This document shows positions 26,694 through 38,984 of a DNA stretch of 64,000 nt, piece after piece. The DNA is taken from the NCBI GenBank assembly GCA_012295275.1, contig CM022667.1:9672001-9736000 (forward strand). Direction: 5' to 3'. Every line of letters starts with the position of its first letter. The first letter of the stretch is position 1. The stretch is from Chrysomallon squamiferum. Lineage: Eukaryota; Animalia; Mollusca. Below the pieces are notes generated by a model. It was not told the DNA's origin, did no database searches, and saw only the letters and a program-made list of their open reading frames with translations. The position numbers and the translations under genes were made by a program.

Positions 26694-27349
26694 TTATTTT
26701 ATTGTTATTGTTTTTCCTTTGTCTCACAAACGCCGTCTGCCTGTTTTTGTCTGAAACGAATTGGGAAAAGGTCACTTTATTAACGTCTTGGCAACAAAGA
26801 TGGTATCCAATAACGAAACAATATTATCAGGAAGAAGGAATTTACGAGTTCCGAAGTTTGCCGAGTACAAATATGTACTTTCAATTAATACAGATTAATC
26901 ATAGAGGCATGTCTCCATTTTCCGCCAAAATTAGTTATCGATTTCTTCTCTTTTCTTTTTTACATCCCCCCCTTTATTCCTTTTTTTTTTCTTCTGTCTG
27001 GAGGGAGCTTGAAGACGGGTGGGTTGTCTGGAGCAGTACTGCACCTTTTTTAACGACAAACTGTAGCTTAATGGTAAAACTCTCGCTTAAAATCCCGAGT
27101 ATCCACGATCGATTTTCGCTGGCGATTGATTCTGCAAATTTCCCGTTCATGTCATCATCCGACATTTTAAAGGTGAAAAAAAAAAAAAATTGTAAGTGGA
27201 GTCTGGTTTGTAGAAAAATCAGTAAAAAACATCTCTTGTTACTCATAGAAATAAACCTGAAAATTTTATACTAAAATGTTTGACATTCGATAACTGACGA
27301 TAGAAAATTAATCAGCATGAAAAACACCCTCAAAATATAATAAATAAAT

Positions 27350-27492
27350 TATGTAATTATATTGGCTAGCTGTTTGTGTATATTTTCGGATAGATAATGT
27401 AATCTTGCTGGGGAAAAAAAAACAAAAACCCCACAAATAATATCAAATTGACGTCAAATCCTTTTGAAAATCTGTTTCTTGAAGTTAATAAA

Positions 27493-27543
<51 letters not shown>

Positions 27544-27732
27544 GTGGTTGTTGTTCAAATTTTTATTGAGATGATGTCAGTTCAGCATATATTCTGACGT
27601 CAACTTGTCGAAAACATTCGAAAATACCCGAAACAATTCCAACAAAAACCCTGACGTCAATAATAGAATTACGTCACTGAAAATAAAATTAAGCGATATA
27701 CCAAGACGTACGGACTACGTAAACTGAACACA
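27350..27732. repeat. Decayed dispersed repeat; related pieces at ~24212-24440 and ~40075-40150
   Basis: CGGATAGATAA.GTAATCTT..CTGG is shared with ~24400. TGACGTCAATAA.AG..TTACGTCA is shared with ~40112. The end AACTGAACACA (27722-27732) is the reverse complement of TGTGTTCAGTT (24212-24222). Confidence 0.5.
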
Positions 27733-27777
27733 CGAGATGAAGGTAAATATTAACTTTATTATCATCATCATCATCAT

Positions 27778-27980
27778 CATGGCCGTAACTAGAATCTTTT
27801 TGAAATGAGGCAAAAAATAAAACTTTATCGCTAAGCGGAGCGGGGAAAATACAAATAATTTGGGCGCGACTTCAAACGGTAACCGAAGACATCAACGAAT
27901 TTATACAGTGGATATCGTTTCTGTCAGAATATAGAGATTTATATTTTATATTTTTAAAATAAAAATTTTGTGTGTTGTGA

Positions 27981-28036
<56 letters not shown>

Positions 28037-28090
28037 TCAATTTCGGTATTAGGCATTTGCCTCATTTGCCTCAATGTAGTTACGGCCATG
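27778..28090. mobile_element. 313-bp non-autonomous TIR element (MITE-like; superfamily uncertain, possibly hAT-like)
   Basis: Perfect 14-bp inverted ends CATGGCCGTAACTA / TAGTTACGGCCATG, plus subterminal inverted motif TGAGGCAAA / TTTGCCTCA. Internal (TA)n. No clean adjacent TSD. Confidence 0.72.
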
Positions 28091-28599
28091 ACCCCACTAT
28101 CATCATTATTCTATTTGTTGGAATTACTAACGTTGTTATTGTCATTTCTCTGTAACCAACGCCCCCACTCCTCTTGGGAATAGTAGGATTCTCAGTTAAT
28201 AACAGACCCTTAGGGGGAAAGAAAAAAAACACACCTCCCCACCACACACACAATTTCTTATATTTAGTTCCAACAAATCATTTGCTTTAATTAATCGTTT
28301 TAAACTAAACACCAAAAATAGTTTTATTTGAATAGGAACGAAGTTAAATAATAATAAAAAAAAAAAAAATAAAAAATAATAATCAAAGGCAGGTTTTTCA
28401 TCGATTAAGAACCGATTTGGACACACGAAGGGTGACATTTTTAGAACTGGAATTTATTAATGATTAAAAACTAATAACAGAAGCCAAAAACAGCTCGGTA
28501 ATGTTTATTAACGTTCAGTGACACACTGAGCAAATTTCCTTGATAAAATTAATAATTATAGCCGTCTACTCCTACTAACGCTATAAACTATAAACTGCT

Positions 28600-29202
28600 G
28601 CAACTACCAGTACTACTACTACTACCACCACCACCACCTACCACTACTACTACTACTACTACAACTACTTCTACTACTTCTTCCACTACAACTATCATCA
28701 CAAACTATCTACTGGTACTATTTCTACTACTACTAATCCTACTTCTACTACGATTATTACTACTACTACTACAACAATTACTAATAGTACTACTACTACT
28801 ATTACTACCACCACAACTGCCATTATTATTAGAGCTACTACTACACCAGAACTAATACAGCTACTGCTACTACTACTACTACTGCTATTACTGCTTCTGT
28901 TACTAACATTAACACAGTTACAACTTTCTGTTAGTATTACTTTAACACCTGCTCCTATATTTCTGCTGTAAGTAATGCAGCAGCTGCTGCTAATGCTGTT
29001 AATACTCTTATTATTGTTATCTCTAAGACAACTAGTATATTTCTACACCTGTTTCTGTTACAGTTACTACCACCGAACTTCATCTACCACTACTACTACT
29101 GTATTACTACCATTACTACCACAACTACCATCACCACTACCACCACCACCATCACTACTACTACTACTCCTACTCCTACTACTACTACTACTGCTGCTAC
29201 TG

Positions 29203-29250
<48 letters not shown>

Positions 29251-29253
29251 CTG

Positions 29254-29288
<35 letters not shown>

Positions 29289-29337
29289 GTATTACTACTA
29301 CAACTGCTACTATACCATTGCTATTTCTACTACAACA
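28600..29337. repeat. Long degenerate (ACT)n/(ACC)n array
   Basis: Read directly; produces the poly-Leu ORF 28975-29346. Confidence 0.85.
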
Positions 29338-30689
29338 GTTTCTTGAATACAAACAAAAATATTTACTTTCCCTAATTTATAGCTGTGATCGCGCATATAA
29401 TTATATTCCTCCCTTAATTTCTGACGAACTCAGACTAAGGGAGATCACTCTTATTTTAGAATTGCTCTTTAAATTATTTATAAAAGAGAATTTTAGCATT
29501 AAAACCAATCGCCCACTTTCATTTTCTTAAATCTTCTTTCTTATCTTTGTAATCTTAATAGAATGCTTCTATTTTCGTCGTCTGCTAGGTAATGATGACT
29601 GATAGCTGGAAAGCTGAGACAATTTGTAACTATTTGAAGGACTGATAGAGTTAAATCCCCATTTAGAATTCTCCAATGGAAAGGTGATATATAACAACTA
29701 TATAATATTGTTTTGCAGTTTTGCGAAAATTAAAATTGCGGGGAAAAAAAAAAAAAAAGGCAGAAGAAAAAGAAAGAAAAAAGAGAAAAAATGAAAGAAA
29801 ATATAATAATAATAATTAAAAAAATCAACAAAAATCAAACAAAAACAAACAAACAAACAAAAAAAAAAAAAAAAAAAATAAGAAAAATAGTAAGAAAGAA
29901 TAGTAAAAAAGAAAACAGAAATAAACATAAATAATAATAATAAAAAAATATGGAGAAAGAAAATAATAACAACAATTAAAATAATAGTAGTTACAATAAC
30001 AGTAGCAGTAAATAATAATAATAATAATAATAATTATAATAATAATAATAATAATAGTAATAGTAATATGATAATGATGATGATGATGATGATGAATTTA
30101 AAAACCGTTTATTATTTCTTACGTATACCATGAGTTCCGCATGTTATCATTAGATCATTGCCCTATTTCATATTTGTTGTTTCGAGGTTCATGATAAACA
30201 AAACTGAAATTCCATTCCAGTCGCTTTTCATGACTATTTTCCTGAAAACACATTCGTCAGGTTTGCTAAAATAAACGAAAATATTAAGAATAATAAAACA
30301 AATTAAAAACAAATAAATAAATAAAAATCCAACGGAAGCTCCTCCTTCCTGAACCCCAGAACGGCAAATAAGGTGAAATTGAATGAAATTAAATTAATAT
30401 TAATAAAAACAAAATCATAAATATATTTTAATTGTTATAACGAAAAATAAAATTAAAATATATTTATATGCAATGTATTTAGACTGTTGAAAAATTAACG
30501 ATGAAAAAAAAAAAAACTCTGAAAAGCAAAATAAAATAACATGAAATAAAATGAAATAAAATAAATAAAATAACTAAATAAATAAATAAATAAATGCATA
30601 AATAAAAGTTAATATATATATATATATATACAAAGTCGTTAAAAAATTATTTTCTAATAACATTAAATTTACTTCACTTTGATAAAATC

Positions 30690-30703
30690 GTTACCAAGGC
30701 AAC
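30690..30703. promoter_or_regulatory. RFX X-box-like palindrome upstream of the GPCR
   Basis: GTTACCAAGGCAAC fits the RFX consensus GTNRCC(N0-3)RGYAAC. Motif match only. Confidence 0.3.
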
Positions 30704-31380
30704 ATCCAGAACATTCAGAAAAGACCAAAAAAAATATATGAAAAGGATAACATCTTCGTTATCAGTTAACAAAATTAATATTAATAGCCCTATATTTTGA
30801 TTATTATTATTATTAAATATTTCATTAATTTATTTTATTTTTATAGATATATATTTTTAATTATTATTATTATTTTATTTTATTAATTTTATTTACTTAT
30901 TTATTTATTTATTTATTTATTTACGAAATCTTTGGTAACACTGTAGCGCAGGTTGTTTCAGTATTATTATTGTTTTTTTTTCTCTCAATTCTTTAACATT
31001 ATTACATCAGAACAGCGACTGCGTACAAAACAGATTTGGTTCCTTATTGGACAGTAAGCCGTCGACAGTTCCAAACGTATCGATCGAAACATACACACAC
31101 ACACACACACTCACTCACTCACTCACACATACACATACCACGTCTGCGAGCAGCGTTTTCAGCAGACGACAAAGCAAGTCTTCCCGCCAGTAACAACATT
31201 TCACCGTTTATCGCAAAGAAACGTTATTTTGGACTGTAAACGTTTTTTTCTTTCTTCTTCTTCTTCTTCCGTGGCGTTTTATTTCTTTTGTGTTTATTCT
31301 CTGCGAAGACTTTGCCGAACGAGAAACAGGTACACACCGAAGCGTGTGCTGGAAAGTTGTGTGTTTGTTTACCTGTTCAG

Positions 31381-32010
31381 GTAAATTTTCGTGAGTTTTA
31401 TTGGCTTTTTCTTATACATCGTGTGAACAGTCGTTTTTAAGCATCATCGTTCATGCGTTGACCGGCATATTTTTCAACGCATGTTGTTAACACGAACGAT
31501 TATGGATTAAGTGTTTTTTATTTCTGTTGTTTTCTTTTTTTTGTTTTTTTGTGCCCCTGCTTTAAACACACTCAAATCTGAATCTACGCTGTGTTAAATC
31601 GTTAACGCATCTACGTTGGAATAAACGCTCTGGCACCATGCAAAAGAGTTACAGCGGTTACGTGTTGCCATGCATGTGCCTGCCTGACAACGCAAACTGC
31701 GGCCCTTCTTCCATCACCTCCGTGCGTTTCGCCTGCGTCTGATTCACGCAGTGTTTCAAAGACGATGGGAAAGAAATCTCGGATTAATGGTAATGATTGC
31801 TGTCGTCATGAGGAAGATGTTTCGCTCTGCAAGGAGCCGCGCTTTGGCCTGTGCGTAAAGCCACTGGCGGATGCAGTGAGATAATGTAATCGGGCGATAA
31901 ACAGTTACAACGTCATGTGGATTTAACAAAAGGAAAAGCGGGCGAGAGCATTAACGTCACATCGAAAAGTATTTCGTAAAATTTTTTCCAAAATAACAAG
32001 TAATCAAGGG

Positions 32011-32043
<33 letters not shown>

Positions 32044-32473
32044 ATTTTTAATAAACCCCCAACCCAAAAAAGAGAAGAACGTAAGAGAGAAAAATTCTTC
32101 ATAATCCACAGAAGGAGAAAATCAGTGTGTGTGAATACGTTTTCCAAAAACCCCCCAGAAAAGAAACAATTACAGAATTTTGGGGACATGTGCGTCAAAA
32201 ACTGACTTACAGGCTAACGGATATAATACACCCAGGAGTTTTCTTGCAATATTTAGCTCCCGATTGTTCTGTTTTAAAAAACTGTACAAATGCTTTGTGT
32301 AAATACCTGTTACCAAAATATCAGCTTTCCGCGTGTTCTTGTGAATTTGTATACAACCACTGAATTAAATAAAATGGATGTATTATATTTTTGAAAAAAT
32401 ATATATATATATATTGTGCTACATTCGTCTTCTAAACTATTTTATTGAAATAGACGTTTCTCCGTGTTTCCAG
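31381..32473 (+). other. Putative 5' UTR intron of the GPCR (non-coding exon 1 ends at 31380; exon 2 starts at 32474)
   Basis: Strong donor CAG|GTAAAT at 31380/31381 and acceptor gtttctccgtgtttcCAG ending at 32473, 154 nt upstream of the ATG. Upstream 31050-31380 is CpG-rich, as expected near a transcription start. No transcript evidence. Confidence 0.5.
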
Positions 32474-32523
32474 ATTACAAATTTTATTCAAAAAATTAAA
32501 AAATTAAAAAATTGTATACTGAA

Positions 32524-32574
32524 ATGGATGTATTACCGAGGTGTCCACATTACCGCGGTCTGGTGTTTCACTGA
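32524..32574 (+). promoter_or_regulatory. Upstream ORF (16 aa) in the putative GPCR 5' UTR
   Basis: ATG at 32524 in context gaaATGG, reading MDVLPRCPHYRGLVFH then TGA at 32572-32574, downstream of the predicted acceptor. Confidence 0.4.
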
Positions 32575-32627
32575 AGGACCGGCAAATAAATTAAAAAAAC
32601 AAAAAAACAAAAAAACAAAACACAAAA

Positions 32628-34040
32628 ATGGAGAACGGAACAAACATGTCTTTCACGTGTCCGGAAAGCGGCGTCGTCAACTTCCTGCTCATCTGGGCTC
32701 ACACGATGATCATGGTGTCGCTGACGACGACCACCGTGACCGTCAACCTCATCGTCATCGTCATGTTCGTCATCGAGAAGTCGCTGCGCAAGTGCAAGAA
32801 CACGTACATCGCCAGCCTCGCCGTGGCAGACTTCCTCGTCGGCTGCTCCATGCCTTTCTTCATGACCGAGACTCTCGACTTCCGGTGGACGCTTCGGGGA
32901 CTTCCGTGCCGGTTCTACCTGACGTTCCGCTCGGCCTTCATGAACGTCTCCGTCATCAGCGTCCTGCTCATCAGCGTGGACCGGTGGCGGTCCGTGCACT
33001 ACCCGCTGTCGTACAGGACGAAGCAGAGGAAGGAGAAAGCAGCGCTGGTCGTCACGCTGTGCTGGATCGTCAGCTTTCTCTTCCACACGCCGCCCATAAT
33101 GTTCTGGGAGAACATCGCCAACGTTTCGTTCTTGTCCGATTTCTGCCTCTGCGACGTTCCGTTCCGAAACGACGCCCTGTTTATGACTGTGCGCACGGTG
33201 TGCGTGTATCTGCTTCCGGTCGTGATAATCTGGATGCTGAACTGCAGCATATTCTGGAAGATCTGCAGACGGAAACAGGTGAACATCAGGCGGTCGCTCA
33301 GCACGTGCAGTTACTTACAACGATCTTTTCCGAAAGAGACCGAACAGATGCTCTCGTCGTACAACGCCGAGGGCGGGTATTCCGATTCCGTCGCCATGAA
33401 ACCGAGGAACGGACTGGCGGCAGCCAGGAGACATTCTCTGTCGGGGGCAACTCACGCGCCGAACAGGCTGTCCCCCTGCAGACACACCCCACCCCCGCTG
33501 TCGCACCTCCCGCGAAGACGTTCGTTCGACACGCGCGCCTTGGGCCCCGGCGGCACAAACCAAGTTCTGATGTCGCTGCGGCGGACGTCCGCCATCAACA
33601 ACCACGCTACGCTGCCGCATCCCAAGGGCAACAACCACAGCAGGAGGAACAGCGAGAACCCCGTCAGGGATCTGCTGAGCAAGCAGGACCGCAAAGCCGC
33701 CTGCTTCCTCGGCCTGCTCGTTGTCGTCTGCTCGATCTGCTGGACGCCATTTTTAGTGTGTCGCATCATCGACGCGTGGTGTGACGTGTGCCTTCGCAGC
33801 TGGGTTCGATCCGTGTTCCTCTGGGTTGTCATGACCAACTCGGCGATAAACCCTTTCCTTTACGGACTCATCAATTCGGAGTTTCGCAAAGTCATCAAGA
33901 CGAAGCTGCTGTCGGTGAAGCCGCAGAGGTACCGCGTGAGGGAGGCGATCGCGTACTGGGCCCAGGCGCTGGCCGGGGACCTCCAGTCTTCCAGGGAAAA
34001 CAGCCCCCAGCGCTCGGAAACAGGCGCCCTGTTACCATGA
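32628..34040 (+). CDS. Class A (rhodopsin-like) GPCR, 470 aa, histamine H3/H4- or muscarinic-like scaffold; intronless CDS; orphan
   Basis: Seven hydrophobic segments with class A motifs: N1.50, SLAVADFLVG (TM2), C3.25, LLISVDRW..V.YPLSYR, W4.50, P5.50, a long third intracellular loop, QDRKAA, CWTPF, NSAINPFLY and helix-8 EFRK. N-terminal sequons NGT and NMS. High GC3; start context aaaATGG. Confidence 0.95.
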   Translation: MENGTNMSFTCPESGVVNFLLIWAHTMIMVSLTTTTVTVNLIVIVMFVIEKSLRKCKNTYIASLAVADFLVGCSMPFFMTETLDFRWTLRGLPCRFYLTFRSAFMNVSVISVLLISVDRWRSVHYPLSYRTKQRKEKAALVVTLCWIVSFLFHTPPIMFWENIANVSFLSDFCLCDVPFRNDALFMTVRTVCVYLLPVVIIWMLNCSIFWKICRRKQVNIRRSLSTCSYLQRSFPKETEQMLSSYNAEGGYSDSVAMKPRNGLAAARRHSLSGATHAPNRLSPCRHTPPPLSHLPRRRSFDTRALGPGGTNQVLMSLRRTSAINNHATLPHPKGNNHSRRNSENPVRDLLSKQDRKAACFLGLLVVVCSICWTPFLVCRIIDAWCDVCLRSWVRSVFLWVVMTNSAINPFLYGLINSEFRKVIKTKLLSVKPQRYRVREAIAYWAQALAGDLQSSRENSPQRSETGALLP

Positions 34041-36028
34041 CAGTCTGGAGGTGACGTAACAACAACAAGAAGAAACGTGACGATGTGTTCGTAGACTCTG
34101 TTTCGTATCTGAGTTTATATTTGTGTTAAACACATAAAAAGTAATGAATAAGTAAGTAAACTGATAATTCGATAGATAGATAAGTAAAATAATATATTTA
34201 TTTACAAAATCTTTTAATAAATAAATAAATAAATAAATAAATAAGTAGATTCGGAGGTATAAAAGAAAAATGCTAAACAAAATTATTATTTTTATAAACA
34301 CACTGATTTAAAGATTTTATCTTTCTTTGTTTTTCATTCAAAGTTACTGATAATGATATCTTGTGAAAAAAATAATAATTAAATAAGTCAATTATAAATT
34401 CTGAAATGTATTTGTAATGCATAATGTCAAATAACACAATTAACTTCATGTGCTACATCTTATTATTATTATTATTAATTTAATATTAAGGTTGTAAATA
34501 AATTATTATCATATTTATTAAAATTAATATTTTTTTTTACTAATATATCGCAAAAGTATTACGTATTTATGTACGAAACGGAGGCTTGTACTTTTCAGAC
34601 GCCAAAGGCCAGAAAAATAGAATTTGTATTTTAATGGTTTTTAATCATAATCTATTTTTGAAATACATTCCATATGTTATATATAATTGTATATAATGTT
34701 ATGTATATTTTATATATTGCATCGTTCAGTATTTGATATGTATATATTTTTATATCGGGTGTGTCAAAATATCGTAAAACAACACTAAAACTGCACTGAA
34801 ATCTGACATTTAAAAAAATTAAAATAAAATAAAATAAATTAATTGTCAAGTTAATATCTACAGTAGTTTTTCATAACGCCAGAATAAAAATGTGATATGG
34901 AAAATCGGAGTTCGGATACGTAAGAACATTTTATCTTGTAGCTTTTTATGCACTTTGCTTGCCTCTTCTGTTTTACTTTCTGGTCGCCTCGTAAAACTTA
35001 TATCTTCTTATAAGATTTCAGTTTTCAGCGCTATTTATCTCTGTCAGTCAGAAAGTTCTTATCACACTGCAAGACCAGAAACACTTGGTCTCTCTGAGCT
35101 GTGGTTTTCTGGAGTTTCCTTCTGTTGAAATTTCTCTTGTGTAGATGCTGTTTTACGTCGGCCACCACCCACTTTCCCCACAGTGGATCAGTCTGTGTTT
35201 ATAAATCTCTATGTTTACTGACGATGTATCCCGCTTCTTTCCCGAAATTTCATTTATGATTCTTGCAAAACGATCATTTTTTTTTTTTTTTTTTTTTTCA
35301 CAATGGAATAAATCACAATAAATCATTCAGTTCTTATCCGAACTTCAGAATCCCATCTTGGAAGTGACGTAAAGAAAACCACAACTAAAATGACTAAAAC
35401 CATTTTGTTCCAGTTCTACCATTTTTGTCTATTTTCACTCCAGCCAGACGACATTTTTGCAGACGACACTTGATTGACAGGTGTCACAGGACTGCACCGA
35501 ATGACCTGATGTGGGAGGGACAGTGATTTACGATATGAAATTTTAATTTTGGTCAAAAAAATCTACGCGTCAGTAATTTCAAATTTTAGCTAATAACACA
35601 CTTCTGATCATGTAAATATTTGGAACGTTTAAAAATGTTTACTGAATTTGAATTTTTTTTTTTTTTGACCACCCGATATAATTTATGTTTGTGATAAGAC
35701 AATAATATATTTGTGATAAACAATATAACTTTGATTGATGAATACATTGTGGTTATTTTATATTATGCGTTATCACTTTTAATGTTTTTATATATGAGAA
35801 ATTCATGTGCTCTCATTTTTAATATACATGGCATATAAAATACATATACATACATACGTACAAACATAAATACATACATACATGCATACATACATGCGGA
35901 TACACACAATTAAAAACTCATATAAACATATTCATGCATACATCCATCCATCCATTCTTTCATCCTTTTTATCTATCCAAACAACATACACTAATACAAA
36001 CATACACACACGTGCACATGCACAAACA

Positions 36029-36073
<45 letters not shown>

Positions 36074-36693
36074 TGATGGCACATATTTTCAGCGACTTAT
36101 ATACAAGCCGTGATTTTGTTTGCTTTAATTATAAATAATTTGTACTTCGCGACAAAGCACAACTCAGTGAGTTCGACTAACTCTTTTGAACTTGATTACA
36201 AAGTCAAATTTAGGTTTATCTGTGGCTGCGAATGGAATATATGTATTTTATTTTATTTTATTTTATTTTATTTTATTTATTTATTTATTTATTTTTATTT
36301 TATTGTATTTTTTTAAATTTACACTACCGACCAATCTTTGTTGATAATAAAGTTTAACAGTAACATAACGGGCGTGCTTTTGTTTCTAGTGAACCCGTGA
36401 TGTCATATGTTCAGAACCTTAACTAACGCATTCCTTGTGTGTGTGTGTGTGTGTGTGTGTGTGAGAAGAAATACATTTGTCTTTATTACCATATAGTTGG
36501 CATCACCACATGAATATTTTAGGTTGACTAATGTCTGGTGCTGTTCATTATATACGTATATATATATATATATATATACGGCTTTCAAAAGCCTAATCTG
36601 TTAATTTTTTCTTTTGAAGAAAACTATTTAAGACCGAATCATAATAGATAATAATTAACAGATATCGTATTTTACCCCACAATGTTCAGTATC

Positions 36694-36785
<92 letters not shown>

Positions 36786-36899
36786 TTCTATCTATCTATC
36801 TAATCTATATGTTAAAATTAATATGGTGGTCAGTTTCCACTCTAATATATCTTTATGTTTATGTTTTATAAATAAAATAATTTTGTAAAAAAAATAAAA

Positions 36900-36965
<66 letters not shown>

Positions 36966-37024
36966 TTTGTTGTTGTTTTTCTGATTTCTTGTTCATTAAT
37001 ATTAATATATTTTTTTGGTTATAT

Positions 37025-37086
<62 letters not shown>

Positions 37087-38520
37087 GTTAATAGTTCATT
37101 AATATGGCTGCGTTTACAATTAATATTTTTCCTTACTGACTGCATGGGATTTTGCAGATTATTTTGTTTTCTGATAAAATTCGTGCAAAGAGGTAATATT
37201 CGTATTTCGACTAATAATAAATACAGATTATATCTTGATATAAATATATATACTAGTATATTAATTTTAATAATTAAACAGGAACAATTTTTATTATTAT
37301 TATTTTTTTTGTTATGATTACAAACTCCATCCATCTTTCTTAATACTGTCAATAGCAACTTAGTTACCATTGTCTTAACTGTTGATGACGTAACAAATCA
37401 CGTGTTTAACATAAGATTAATGACAAATAGCTCACATTTGGTTGTCTAGTAAATGGTAAAACCAAATGCTTTTAATATTGTTTTATGACTATTAATATCA
37501 TTTTGATTAAAAATATTTGTATATGATTGAACTTCTCCATTCACTGGTATTAATGCTGTTTTTTCTTTATTACCATTTTATTACTATTATTATAATACTG
37601 ACGGTATTCCGGTTGTGATGTTATACCAATTAATATCTTTATTGCCGACGTCATAAAACATAAATGCATGGAAAAAGATAAATGATTATTGTTTCCTTTC
37701 CTGTCTAAATTACATTTCCTTGTTTCCCGTTTCTTCTTCTTCTTTTATCTTCTTATCATTTTGCTTTTCTTCTTCTTCTTCTTCTTCTTCCATTTTCTGT
37801 ACTTTGTTCACCAAATATTCATTTTTTTCTTCTTCAAATACATGTAACTGATTAATATACTGAATATTTCTTTAATATAACCAAAGTGCACTCATTTTCA
37901 TCATTATTGTCTTCGTCGTCATCATCCTCGTCATTGTCATCATCATAATTGTCATCTTCAGAATGATTCCTATTCATATATTAAGGTTAACTGACCACGA
38001 GTTATTTTATATTTTATAGCTGTTCTTTATGTGTGACTAAATATGTAACTCACTGTAATTTCAGTTTCCTGTTGTTACGTCACCCGATTTCAACGTGGAC
38101 GTGATTTAACAACATTGTTTTAATTGATAAAGATGTACTTACTTCACGTCACTGTATACATAATTTATAGATTACCCTGTTGTTACGTAATTCGTTTATC
38201 AATAATTTTGACCTGACGGCCGTTTATTTTAAGTACACCCATTAAATCGCTTTCATCTCGAGATAATCATAGTTTTTTTTCTTTTCTTTTTTTCTTTCAT
38301 TACGTAAACCATGTGTCCTTGAACTGAATTAACTACAAAATAACTCAGGTGATGACGTAGTAAATCACGTGCTAAGTGTAAGTAATTGTAGGTATTACAT
38401 CCGTTTTTTTTTTTTTTTTACTAAGTCATGTTTTCTCTTGCTGTTATTTAGTCGTTATTTATGATACTGAAATAATTATTGTGAGAAATATAATTATTTT
38501 CATTGAGATGTTACCGATGT

Positions 38521-38645
38521 AATAAATAAATAAATAAGTAAATTAATTAATTAATAAGAAAATAAATAAATAAGTAAATTAATTAATTAATAAGAAAATA
38601 AATAAATAAGTAAATTAATTAATTAATAAGAAAATAAATAAATGA
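38521..38645. repeat. AT-rich tandem repeat of about 35 bp, about 3.5 copies
   Basis: AAAATAAATAAATAAGTAAATTAATTAATTAATAAG-type unit repeated head to tail. Confidence 0.8.
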
Positions 38646-38984
38646 TTAAATAAAATGTTTGTAGAATTGGAACTTCAGTGTTAGCGTAACAATAGCAGTA
38701 GTTACAGTAGTAATTGTAGTGGTAGTAATAATGGTTCTAGTAGTACAGTAGTGGTGACAGTACTACTAATAGTGGTAGTAGCAGTAGTAGCAGTAATACC
38801 TGTAAAAGTAGTTGCAGAAGCAGAAGTAGCAGTGGTAATAGTAGAAGTAGTATTGGTAGTTCACGTAATATTAAAGATAGTAGTAGTTATAGTAGTAGTG
38901 CTAAATTTTGCTACCATTAAAAACTAGTGGTTTATTTAATATTGTTATTCTTAGTTAAGACAAAATTTAAATTTATTTAATTCT

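Noticed and set aside
24153-27274. ORFs 24153-24410, 25326-25623 and 26702-27274
   Set aside because: No recognisable protein motifs or codon bias, and no consistent splice structure. The first overlaps repeat fragments.
32568-33838. Antisense ORFs over the GPCR
   Set aside because: Shadow frames of a GC-rich CDS.
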